DNA of 64,000 nt from positions 124,001 to 188,000 of the forward strand of contig NIVC01000917.1 in NCBI GenBank assembly GCA_002269645.1. Reading direction: 5' to 3'. The stretch is from Macrostomum lignano. Lineage: Eukaryota. The notes under the pieces were generated by a model that was not told the DNA's origin, searched no databases, and saw only the letters and a program-made list of their open reading frames with translations. Shown in pieces: positions 1 to 12,118 of this stretch (position 1 is the first letter of the stretch; each line of letters begins with the position of its first letter). The position numbers and the translations under genes were made by a program.

Positions 1-437
1 AGCTACCCACTCATGCTTCAGTTAGCTACCCTTTTGTGAGTTTTTGTGAGGTATGCTTCGCTCTGCCGGGGTAACGTGTTTCCATGTTTTCTGACCACAC
101 GCCGTGAATGCTCGCAATGGTCTATTTAAAAGACCAGGTTTCCAAAATAAGAAATGTAAGCAAATACTTCTTTGCTTTCGTCTTGTTTTCCATTAGGCCA
201 AATAGAGCCTAACTGTAAGGCTGCTGTCTGAGCTCCGACACACCCGAGGCCTCAATGCAGGCGGATTTCAATGGCAGGCTTTCAGACCTCAGCAGCAGTT
301 TCCGCATGCCACTGCCGATCCCAATTGTGTTTCAGCTTTATTGGCGCAGGTAAAAACTGCCTGGATTCCTGCTGCAAATCCTTTGTTGCTTAGGAATCAA
401 TTGAATTGCTTTCATTTTAGATTTACGAAGGGACAGG

Positions 438-856
438 GAGACTGAGGGGTGAGTGAGAGACTGAGGGGTGAGAGAGAGACTGAGGGGTGAGAGAGAGACT
501 GAGGGGTGAGAGAGACTGAGGGTGAGAGAGAGACTGAGGGGTGAGAGAGAGACTGAGGGGTGAGAGACACTGAGGGTGAGAGAGAGACTAAGGGTGAGAG
601 AGAGACTGAGGGGTGAGAGAGAGACTGAGGGTGAGAGAGAGACTGAAGGGTGAGAGAGAGACTGAGGGGTGAGAGAGAGACTGAGGGGTGAGAGAGAGAC
701 TGAGGGGTGAGAGACACTTAGGGTGAGAGAGAGACTGAGGGGTGAGAGACACTGAGGGTGAGAGAGAGACTAAGGGTGAGAGAGAGACTGAGGGGTGAGA
801 GAGAGACTGAGGGTGAGAGAGAGACTGAGGGTGAGAGAGAGACTGAAGGGGTGAGT
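438..856. repeat. GA-rich minisatellite, 17-19 bp unit (TGAGGGGTGAGAGAGAGAC)
   Basis: Tandem units read directly; the number of GA dinucleotides varies between units. Confidence 0.95.
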
Positions 857-2085
857 GGGTGAAACGAGGGGTGAATAGAAGGAGACTAAATGAAAGAGAT
901 GGAAAGTCCGCAGCCTCCGGACCAGGGCAGCATAGCCAATTAGCATTTTCATTTGCCAGCCCTATCAGGCTGGATTAACTCTCGCTTGAGCAGTTCAGCT
1001 GGAAGGATGCAGCGCTGCTTAGTCGGTATAAGATGAAGTCAGGCCTGTCTTGAATAGAGTAGTTTCGCACTCACAAACAAGTTAATTAGAAGGCGAAGTG
1101 TCTCAACCTTGCGGGTAATGTATTGTATACATAGTGTGCTGTATATGTAAATATATACATTGTATATGCCTCTGATAGCGAAGCTATCAAGGAACAAGAC
1201 TGGTTTGATTTTGTATTTCTAAAAATAGAACATGGCAATGACTCATACTTATAAATAGGATTGAGGGGGTTTTGCGGGTTTTTGGGTAGCCTTCGGCGAC
1301 ATGGCCCCACAGCCGGCGCTGACGGCAATTCTGCCCATCCCGCTGACTCCTGAGCACATGCAAGCGCGCCAATACTGTACGCGGGCACGCACTCATGCAC
1401 ACGCTCACACAGGGTGTACAGCGGCCCTTTAATAGTCAGCCATGTACACTCCCCACTCTCTGTGCCTTGGGGGGTTGGCCCTCATGGGTTGTGAATCGGG
1501 CGACAACCCCCCGCCATCCCGATTAACCGACTAATCGTGGCACTCAAGCCGCAAATGATTGTATCGAACAAGGGGTTGCAATGCGAGATTCAGACGGGCT
1601 TACCTCTAAGAACTGCTCTGCCCCTTATAAACAGGATTAAGAAATTCACATCAAATAAAGTGCCAGGTTTCATATGCAGCTAGTATGTCAATTGTAGTAG
1701 GGAAAAAGTACATTTCGTAGAAACACTGTCGAATTGGACTGCATAAATAATGGGGATTTGCTGCGATCGTTGATGAGACAGGTATGACCTATCGTCTAAT
1801 CCAGGAACAGGTAGAGCGCTGGACAGTGTCCCCAAGCACAATATCCTTGCTTCCTGCCATCTTCTTGTGCCGCGCCTCCTCTGCTGCGGAACTGACAGCG
1901 GAGAAGAAATGAAACGTTCGCGTGCTACTTGAGAAGGAAACGCGGACAGGAACGGTAAAAAAGCAGCGGATCTTCAAGATCTTTGATTTGGGAGCCGGGT
2001 CAAGGCCTGAATAGTACAGCGCCTGAGGCGGAATGTGGCATGCATATTCGATCAAATAAACTGCAACTGGTATCAGTAGGGGGCT

Positions 2086-5000
2086 GTGGGGAGGCGCCAG
2101 TAGAGGGCAGTGGGGGAGGCGCCAGTAGAGAACAGTGGGGAGGCGCCAGTAGAGAACAGTGGGGAGGCGCCGGTAGATAACAGTGGGGAGGCGCCGGTAG
2201 ATAACAGTGGGGAGGCGCCGGTAGATAACAGTGGGGAGGCGCCGTTAGATAACAGTGGGGAGGCGCCAGTAGAGAACAGTGGGGAGGCACCAGTAGAGAA
2301 CAGTGGGGAGGCGCCAGTAGAGAACAGTGGGGAGGCGCCGGTAGATAACAGTGGGGAGGCGCCGGTAGATAACAGTGGGGAGGCGCCGGTAGATAACAGT
2401 GGGGAGGCGCCGGTAGATAACAGTGGGGAGGCGCCAGTAGAGGGCAGTGGGGGAGGCGCCAGTAGAGGGCAGTGGGGGAGGCGCCGGTAGATAACAGTGG
2501 GGAGGCGCCGGTAGATAACAGTGGGGAGGCGCCGGTAGATAACAGTGGGGAGGCGCCAGTAGAGGGCAGTGGGGGAGGCGCCGGTAGATAACAGTGGGGA
2601 GGCGCCGGTAGATAACAGTGGGGAGGCGCCAGTAGAGGGCAGTGGGGGAGGCGCCAGTAGAGGGCAGTGGGGGAGGCGCCGGTAGATAACAGTGGGGAGG
2701 CGCCGGTAGATAACAGTGGGGAGGCGCCGGTAGATAACAGTGGGAGGCGCCGGTAGATAACAGTGGGGAGGCGCCGGTAGATAACAGTGGGGAGGCGCCG
2801 GTAGATAACAGTGGGGAGGCGCCGGTAGAGAACAGTGGGGAGGCGCCGGTAGATAACAGTGGGGAGGCGCCGGTAGATAACAGTGGGGAGGCGCCGGTAG
2901 ATAACAGTGGGGAGGCGCCGGTAGATAACAGTGGGGAGGCGCCGGTAGATAACAGTGGGGAGGCGCCGGTAGATAACAGTGGGGAGGCGCCGGTAGATAA
3001 CAGTGGGGAGGCGCCGGTAGATAACAGTGGGGAGGCGCCAGTAGAGAACAGTGGGGAGGCGCCGGTAGATAACAGTGGGGAGGCGCCGGTAGATAACAGT
3101 GGGGAGGCGCCAGTAGAGAACAGTGGGGAGGCACCAGTAGAGAACAGTGGGGAGGCGCCAGTAGAGAACAGTGGGGAGGCGCCGGTAGATAACAGTGGGG
3201 AGGCGCCGGTAGATAACAGTGGGGAGGCGCCGGTAGATAACAGTGGGGAGGCGCCGGTAGATAACAGTGGGGAGGCGCCAGTAGAGGGCAGTGGGGGAGG
3301 CGCCAGTAGAGGGCAGTGGGGGAGGCGCCGGTAGATAACAGTGGGGAGGCGCCGGTAGATAACAGTGGGGAGGCGCCGGTAGATAACAGTGGGGAGGCGC
3401 CGGTAGATAACAGTGGGGAGGCGCCAGTAGAGGGCAGTGGGGAGGCGCCGGTAGATAACAGTGGGGAGGCGCCGGTAGATAACAGTGGGAGGCGCCAGTA
3501 GAGGGCAGTGGGGAGGCGCCAGTAGAGGGCAGTGGGGGAGGCGCCGGTAGATAACAGTGGGGAGGCGCCGGTAGATAACAGTGGGGAGGCGCCGGTAGAT
3601 AACAGTGGGGAGGCGCCGGTAGATAACAGTGGGGAGGCGCCGGTAGATAACAGTGGGGAGGCGCCGGTAGATAACAGTGGGGAGGCGCCGGTAGAGAACA
3701 GTGGGGAGGCGCCGGTAGATAACAGTGGGGAGGCGCCGGTAGATAACAGTGGGGAGGCGCCGGTAGATAACAGTGGGGAGGCGCCAGTAGTGGGCAGTGG
3801 GGAGGCGCCGGTAGATAACAGTGGGGAGGCGCCAGTAGAGGGCAGTGGGGGAGGCGCTGGTAGATAACAGTGGGGAGGCGCCAGTAGTGGGCAGTGGGGA
3901 GGCGCCGGTAGATAACAGTGGGGAGGCGCCGGTAGATAACAGTGGGGAGGCGCCGGTAGATAACAGTGGGGAGGCGCCGGTAGATAACAGTGGGGAGGCG
4001 CCAGTAGAGGGCAGTGGGGGAGGCGCTGGTAGATAACAGTGGGGAGGCGCCGGTAGATAACAGTGGGGAGGCGCCAGTAGTGGGCAGTGGGGAGGCGCCG
4101 GTAGATAACAGTGGGGAGGCGCCAGTAGAGGGCAGTGGGGGAGGCGCCAGTAGAGGGCAGTGGGGGAGGCGCCGGTAGATAACAGTGGGGAGGCGCCGGT
4201 AGATAACAGTGGGGAGGCGCCGGTAGATAACAGTGGGGAGGCGCCGGTAGATAACAGTGGGGAGGCGCCGGTAGATAACAGTGGGGAGGCGCCGGTAGAT
4301 AACAGTGGGGAGGCGCCGGTAGAGAACAGTGGGGAGGCGCCGGTAGATAACAGTGGGGAGGCGCCGGTAGATAACAGTGGGGAGGCGCCGGTAGATAACA
4401 GTGGGGAGGCGCCAGTAGTGGGCAGTGGGGAGGCGCCGGTAGATAACAGTGGGGAGGCGCCAGTAGAGGGCAGTGGGGGAGGCGCTGGTAGATAACAGTG
4501 GGGAGGCGCCAGTAGTGGGCAGTGGGGAGGCGCCGGTAGATAACAGTGGGGAGGCGCCGGTAGATAACAGTGGGGAGGCGCCGGTAGATAACAGTGGGGA
4601 GGCGCCGGTAGATAACAGTGGGGAGGCGCCAGTAGAGGGCAGTGGGGGAGGCGCTGGTAGATAACAGTGGGGAGGCGCCGGTAGATAACAGTGGGGAGGC
4701 GCCAGTAGTGGGCAGTGGGGAGGCGCCGGTAGATAACAGTGGGGGAGGCGCCAGTAGTGGGCAGTGGGGAGGCGCCAGTAATGGGCAGTGGGGAGGCGCC
4801 AGTAGTGGGCAGTGGGGAGGCGCCAGTAATGGGCAGTGGGGGAGGCGCCAGTAGTGGGCAGTGGGGGAGGCGCCAGTAATGGGCAGTGGGGAGGCGCCGG
4901 TAGATAACAGTGGGGGAGGCGCCAGTAGTGGGCAGTGGGGGAGGCGCTGGTAGATAACAGTGGGGAGGCGCCGGTAGATAACAGTGGGGAGGCGCCGGTA

Positions 5001-5550
5001 GATAACAGTGGGGAGGCGCCGGTAGATAACAGTGGGGAGGCGCCGGTAGATAACAGTGGGGAGGCGCCGGTAGATAACAGTGGGGAGGCGCCAGTAGTGG
5101 GCAGTGGGGAGGCGCCGGTAGATAACAGTGGGGAGGCGCCAGTAGTGGGCAGTGGGGAGGCGCCGGTAGATAACAGTGGGGGAGGCGCCAGTAGTGGGCA
5201 GTGGGGAGGCGCCAGTAATGGGCAGTGGGGAGGCGCCAGTAGTGGGCAGTGGGGAGGCGCCAGTAATGGGCAGTGGGGGAGGCGCCAGTAGTGGGCAGTG
5301 GGGGAGGCGCCAGTAATGGCAGTGGGGAGGCGCCGGTAGATAACAGTGGGGGAGGCGCCAGTAGTGGGCAGTGGGGGAGGCGCCAGTAATGGGCAGTGGG
5401 GAGGCGCCGGTAGATAACAGTGGGGGAGGCGCCAGTAGTGGGCAGTGGGGAGGCGCCAGTAGTGGGCAGTGGGGGAGGCGCCAGTAGTGGGCAGTGGGGG
5501 AGGCGCCAGTAGAGGGCAGTGGGGAGGCGCCAGTAGTGGGCAGTGGTGGG
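2086..5550. repeat. ~3.5-kb G-rich minisatellite, 24(-25) bp unit GTGGGGAGGCGCCGGTAGATAACA with variants
   Basis: Tandem units read directly; the 8-aa periodic translation (SGEAPVDN) confirms the 24-bp period. Confidence 0.97.
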
Positions 5551-5725
5551 GGCGCCATTTGAGCGCGATTAAGTCGCCAGAAGCCGGGTGGTAAGCCTCG
5601 CTAAACAAAGCAATGTAAACAATTGTTTTCCTTCATTTGAAGCAGAAGTACCTTCAGCGAATAATTCAATCGGGCTGCCTCTTCCCTCCCGGTTCCCCGC
5701 TTCCACCTCCCAGTCTTCGCAGTCC

Positions 5726-6964
5726 TCAGTTGTCGGCGCCGTTGCAGCCGTCGTCTGCAGTCAGCTCGCCTCCGCAGTTGAAGCTCGCCTCCAGCGCTCG
5801 CCGATGTCGCTCCCGCCTATTCGACATCAGCTGCACCGGCTCTCCGTTCTCGTCTCCGCAGTTGTCAACATCGTCTCCGATTCGCCGTTTGCCAAGCAGC
5901 AGCCGGTTGTTGGCCCTTGCAACCGTGGGATAGGCGGCGGCAGAGACCGAGTTCGAGTGCCGCTCCGAGCGCAGGTAACCGGAAGCGCCGGCCGCCCGGA
6001 AGCCGAGCAGCTGCTGGAAGGCGCAGCGGAACTCTCTCTGATTGAAGCAGTACAGAATCGGGTTGAGTCCGGAGTTCGCGTAGCCGATCCATGTGATCAG
6101 GTCCACCTGCCAGTCCGCCAGGCCGCTGCACTGGCTGCCGGTGAACGGGCAGACGACGTACATGACAAAGAACGGCAGCCAGCAGACGTAGAAGCAGCCA
6201 AGGATGAGGCCGAGTGTCTTTGTAGCCTTGGTCTCGTGCCGGATCTGCCGGGACACCTGAGCGCTCTGCTGCCTGATGAGTTCGCACTGGTCGGTGGCGA
6301 TCCTGTGCACCCTGGCGTAGGCCAGCGTCATCACCACCAGGGGCAGGAAAAACGAGGTGCTCGCCGACACCAAAGCATACACCTGGTTAGTCACCATGCG
6401 GCACTGCGGCATCTCCGTTGCTAGGCGACTGGAGTTCGCCGCTTTCCCGCCGGCGGCCGCCGGTCTGAAGATGCCGGAGAACACGGGGCCGAAGCTCAGG
6501 CCGATGCTGACCGCCCAGACGGTGGCGACCGAGATGGCGATGCGGTGCGGCTGCACAATGAGCTTGTAGCGCAGCGGCCGGTTCACGGCGATGTAGCGAT
6601 CCAGGCTGATGAGGCACAGGTGCAGGATGCTGGCCGTGCAGCACATGATGTCGGACGATAGGAAGAATTTGCAGAAGAAATCACCGAACGGCCAGCAGCG
6701 GAGGAAGGTGTACACGCTGGAGGCGATCATCACGATCACGGCGATGGCTATGTCAGCCGTTGCTAAGGACGCTAACAGGTGAAAGCAGCGTTGCGATCGG
6801 AGTCGGCGAAATTTCACAACAGACGAGACAACCAGAGAGTTGCCCAGCACAGTTTCCAGGATCACCAGCAGCATGAGAAGCAGCACCGACAGCTTAGCGG
6901 CCAGGTGGGAGCCCGACGGAGCCTCCAGCCACAGGCCCTGCGGAGAGCAGCTGCTGGGTAGCAT
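5726..6964 (-). CDS. Class A biogenic-amine GPCR, octopamine-beta / D1-like group
   Basis: Seven hydrophobic segments; TM3 DIMCCTASILHLCLISLDRY (Asp3.32, DRY); TM5 YALVSASTSFFLP (Ser pair); TM6 CWLPFFVMY; TM7 NPILY; short ICL3. The true N-terminus may come from a small upstream exon (7071 or 7137 to 7061, intron 7060-6954). Confidence 0.92.
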   Translation of the reverse strand: MLPSSCSPQGLWLEAPSGSHLAAKLSVLLLMLLVILETVLGNSLVVSSVVKFRRLRSQRCFHLLASLATADIAIAVIVMIASSVYTFLRCWPFGDFFCKFFLSSDIMCCTASILHLCLISLDRYIAVNRPLRYKLIVQPHRIAISVATVWAVSIGLSFGPVFSGIFRPAAAGGKAANSSRLATEMPQCRMVTNQVYALVSASTSFFLPLVVMTLAYARVHRIATDQCELIRQQSAQVSRQIRHETKATKTLGLILGCFYVCWLPFFVMYVVCPFTGSQCSGLADWQVDLITWIGYANSGLNPILYCFNQREFRCAFQQLLGFRAAGASGYLRSERHSNSVSAAAYPTVARANNRLLLGKRRIGDDVDNCGDENGEPVQLMSNRRERHRRALEASFNCGGELTADDGCNGADN

Positions 6965-7545
6965 ATGGAGGGGAAAAGTTAGTGCGTCAGCTTTCCAACG
7001 GGGCGATTAGCGCTTTACATGTTTCCCTCGCGCAGTTCGGGAGCTTATACTGTCACTCACACCCCCTGCATTGCACCCCTGCCTCTGCGCCAATGAAAAC
7101 TGACCAAACTTGAGTCCAAAAATCCAATCTCAACCATGCAGTGAAGAAAATTCAGCGTCAAATTTCCTTCAATCTACGAGTAGAAGTGAATCGTTGAGAA
7201 CATCAGGACGAACTAATGAATTAATGAATAGAGCAGTTTTAGGGTACAAAGTCGCAAAGACGATCCAATAAGACTGCGAAGCCTCATAATTGAGAAACAC
7301 TCAGTTGACCGGATGCTGCCCTGCTCTGTGTAGCTGTTTGCATCACGTAAGATGCAAGAGGGCCACCTCGCTAACGAGGGACACAAAGGAGAGAGAGAGA
7401 GGTCACTGCCCAAGAAGGGACAGGGCACGCAGGGCGAAGGAATTTTCTCTACTTGAGCCGCACTCACGGGCTACGATTCGCATATATGAAGCATACCGGC
7501 TGTTTGCATAGTATTCATTGTAGAACTGAAGCTGCTGACCTTGAT

Positions 7546-8265
<720 letters not shown>

Positions 8266-8699
8266 AACCCTCACATTATCAGAAATTATTATGAGAAATG
8301 CTCAGAATATGTTTATCCATCACCTTCTTAGTGATTCTTTCACCCATTCCCAGGCTCTGTCTTGAGGTAATCCTTCCGTGCTATTAATAAATCATTATGA
8401 ACATTGAGCCTCATCCGACTTGAAGCCCTATTGTCTAATGGGGGTCATTCGCGTTCATCCTATGGCTTCAGCGCGAGCTCAAATCCCACAGGGGGGGGGG
8501 CAAGCCAAATGCATATGGAGAGCAATGGCAAAAGAAACAAATGGGGATAAATTCCCAAGAAAGAGCCTTTTGAAGAGATTAGCATTAGCATCGCAAGGTC
8601 GGGTTAGCAATAGTGAGAGTCGCCAGTGCAGTGGCATAGCACAGGAGAAACTGTGGAAGCACTGAAGAATGGAGCTCAAAGAAGTCTTCCTGGAGAATA

Positions 8700-8885
8700 G
8701 GGGAGGGAAGCAGCGGCTACCACTGAAGGATCAGCGAGGGAACTAGCGGCTACCACTGAAGGATCAGGGAGGGAACTAGCGGCTACCACTGAAGGATCAG
8801 GGAGGGAAGCAGCGGCTAACACTGAAGGATCAGGGAGGGAACTAGCGGCTACCACTGAAGGATCAGGGAGGGAAGCAGCAGCTAC
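8700..8885. repeat. 33-bp tandem repeat, ~5.5 copies (GGGAGGGAAGCAGCGGCTACCACTGAAGGATCA)
   Basis: Read directly; 11-aa periodic translation. Confidence 0.9.
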
Positions 8886-9389
8886 AATGAGGCATATTAG
8901 ACTTATTGGTATCAAAGCCAGTTTGCTATTTTGTACATGCTCGAGGCTCCGGTTTGTTGGCACAGATGGGGAGAATGTTTTCACAGCTTTCAAAGGATTC
9001 TTCGAATTTCAGATGAGGCTAAAAATATTCCCTGTCCCGATGCTCCTGGTGCAATATCCGATGCTCTGCTCTCCCCAGGGATTTCGAATGCCGTTTTTTA
9101 CCTTCGATTCACAAATTCTCATGTCTTCCTCTGTACAGTTTTCCCAATTTTCCATTGGGATGCGGGAGGGGGTGGCCGAGCCAATTTTCGAGCATGCCTC
9201 ACAGTTGTCACGCTTCGTTAAGGGAAAAAATTCAGAGCTTCGGATAACAACTCCAAACTTGTTATTGATCCCACGCTGCGGAGTTTTCTCGGATTACTGG
9301 CTTGTACTTTTGTATATGCAGACCTCTGGATATCCGCTTCCTAGGGGCTGAGACAGACATAACCCAACATCCAATTTGGATTGACTAGC

Positions 9390-10430
9390 CTCTCTAGATA
9401 CCATACAGACTGTCTACTCTCCCTCTCTAGATACCATACAGACTGTCTACTCTCCTTCTCTAGATACCAAACAGACTGTCTACTCTCCCTCTCTAGATAC
9501 CATACAGACTGTCTACTCTCCCTCTCTAGATACCATACAGACTGTCTACTCTCCCTCTCTAGATACCATACAGACTGTCTACTCTCCTTCTCTAGATACC
9601 AAACAGACTGTCTACTCTCCCTCTCTAGATACCATACAGACTGTCTACTCTCCTTCTCTAGATACCAAACAGACTGTCTACTCTCCCTCTCTAGATACCA
9701 TACAGACTGTCTACTCTCCCTCTCTAGATACCAAACAGACTGTCTACTCTCCCTCTAGATACCATACAGACTGTCTACTCTCCCTCTCTAGATACCATAC
9801 AGACTGTCTACTCTCCCTCTCTAGATACCATACAGACTGTCTACTCTCCCTCTCTAGATACCATACAGACTGTCTACTTTCCCTCTCTAGATACCATACA
9901 GACTGTCTACTCTCCCTCTCTAGATACCAAACAGACTGTCTACTCTCCCTCTCTAGATACCATACAGACTGTCTACTCTCCCTCTCTAGATACCATACAG
10001 ACTGTCTACTCCCTCTCTAGATACCATACAGACTGTCTACTCTCCCTCTCTAGATACCATACAGACTGTCTACTCTCCCTCTCTAGATACCATACAGACT
10101 GTCTACTCCCTCTCTAGATACCATACAGACTGTCTACTCTCCCTCTCTAGATACCATACAGACTGTCTACTCCCTCTCTAGATACCATACAGACTGTCTA
10201 CTCTCCCTCTCTAGATACCATACAGACTGTCTACTCCCTCTCTAGATACCATACAGACTGTCTACTCTCCCTCTCTGGATACCATACAGACTGTCTACTC
10301 TCCCTCTCTAGATACCATACAGACTGTCTACTCTCCCTCTCTAGATACCATACAGACTGTCTACTCTCCCTCTCTAGATACCATACAGACTGTCTACTCT
10401 CCCTCTCTAGATACCATACAGACTGTCTCT
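9390..10430. repeat. 33-bp minisatellite (CTCTCTAGATACCATACAGACTGTCTACTCTCC), with some 31-bp units
   Basis: Read directly; SLSRYHTDCLL periodic translation. Confidence 0.95.
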
Positions 10431-10814
10431 CTCTCTCTCTCCCTGTCACCAATGCTGCGACACAAGGTAATTAAGACTGAAAAATTCACTATATGATTAG
10501 CAAATACTGGAATTAAAAATATTTTCTTTGTTTATAATAATGTATGTTTGTTTCCAAAATAATCGACTTTTTATAGTCTCACAGAATAAGCTTATATAGG
10601 AGTCGCCAGGAATGCTTTTAAAAATACAACATGACTGTCTATGGCAAAAATAAGTCTCAACTGTTATCGAATCGGAATACAGCAACCGCATAATTTTATA
10701 CACCTGCGATTTCATAATCGGCACTGAAAATAATTCAAAATGAAACTCAACGGTACCGCATTGGAGTGGGAACGGACTACACTTGAACTTTAGGTTCACA
10801 AAAACAAGTCGTAT

Positions 10815-11645
10815 AGCTTAAACACAAATCCTTGTAAATTAAACACACATCCTTGTTGCTTAAACACAAATCCTTGTAAATTAAACACACATCCTTGTTG
10901 CTTAAACACAAATCCTTGTAAATTAAACACAAATCCTTGTTGCTGAAACACAAATCCTTGTAAATTAAACACAAATCCTTGTAAATTAAACACAAATCCT
11001 TGTTGCTGAAACACAAATCCTTGTAAATTAAACACAAATCCTTGTAAATTAAACACAAATCCTTGTTGCTTAAACACAAATCCTTGTAAATTAAACACAA
11101 ATCCTTGTTGCTGAAACACAAATCCTTGTAAATTAAACACAAATCCTTGTAAATTAAACACAAATCCTTGTTGCTTAAACACAAATCCTTGTAAATTAAA
11201 CACAAATCCTTGTTGCTTAAACACAAATCCTGGTTGCTTACATACAAGTTCTTGTTGCTTAAACACAAACATTGTAGATTAAACACATATAATTGTTGCT
11301 TAAATACGAAGAAACTGTTGCCTAAACACAAGTTCTTTCTGCCTAAACACAAGTTCTTTCTGCCTAAACACAAGTTCTTTCTGCCTAAACACAAGTTCTT
11401 TCTGCCTAAACACAAGTTCTTTCTGCCTAAACACAAGTTCTTTCTGCCTAAACACAAGTTCTTTCTGCCTAAACACAAGTTCTTTCTGCCTAAACACAAG
11501 TTCTTTCTGCCTAGCCTAAACACAAGTTCTTACTACTGAAACACAAATCCTTGTAGCCTAAACACAAATCCTTGTTGCTTGAACACAAGTTCTTGTTGTT
11601 TAAACACTAATCCTCGTAGCCCAAAGACAAGTTCTTGTACCTTAA
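10815..11645. repeat. AT-rich 21-bp minisatellite with two sub-arrays (AAACACAAATCCTTGT... and AAACACAAGTTCTTTCTGCCT)
   Basis: Read directly; 7-aa periodic translations. Confidence 0.93.
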
Positions 11646-11804
11646 ACACAAAGTAGTTACCCTTTGCTCAATGTCTTACTGAACTAATATTTGAAGTTTC
11701 ACGAAAACATGAATAATAAATTACACTCAGAAACGTTGAAAATCGTCAAGCAGTGAGCGACTTAACTTGCAAATTTGAGATAGAACCTCATTTGCATACT
11801 CAAC

Positions 11805-11992
11805 CAGTGGCGCAACCAGGGGGGGGGGGGGGGGCGGTCGCCCCCCCCCCTTAGGCGGGGGACCGAAAAAAAATCAAAGGGGGACCAAGCGAATTTTCGC
11901 CAAAAACAGAGCCACCCCTCCGCCGCCCCCCCTCCCGGGACTTTACCCTCAGAATCCGCCCCCCCCTTGAAAAATTTCTGGTTGCGCTACTG
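11805..11992. mobile_element. Intact hAT-type MITE (188 bp)
   Basis: 15-bp TIR CAGTGGCGCAACCAG / CTGGTTGCGCTACTG (1 mismatch); perfect 8-bp TSD TACTCAAC at 11797-11804 and 11993-12000. An 8-bp TSD with a CAG-starting TIR is typical of hAT elements. Confidence 0.9.
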
Positions 11993-12118
11993 TACTCAAC
12001 GCAGGACAACTCCTAAATGTTGCTGAGTAAATTCTAGCTAATTTAAAGCTCAACAAGTCCCAGAGATACAAAAAAACTGTTTGTACAAGCGCAGGAAAAC
12101 TCGTTTTTGGCCTGTCTG

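Noticed and set aside
1789-2055. Short minus-strand ORF left of the large array
   Set aside because: No recognisable motif or consistent splice structure.
2000-5608. 1202-aa and 1161-aa ORFs and the many SGEAPVDN ORFs
   Set aside because: They are translations of the 24-bp minisatellite and stay open only because the unit lacks stops in those frames.
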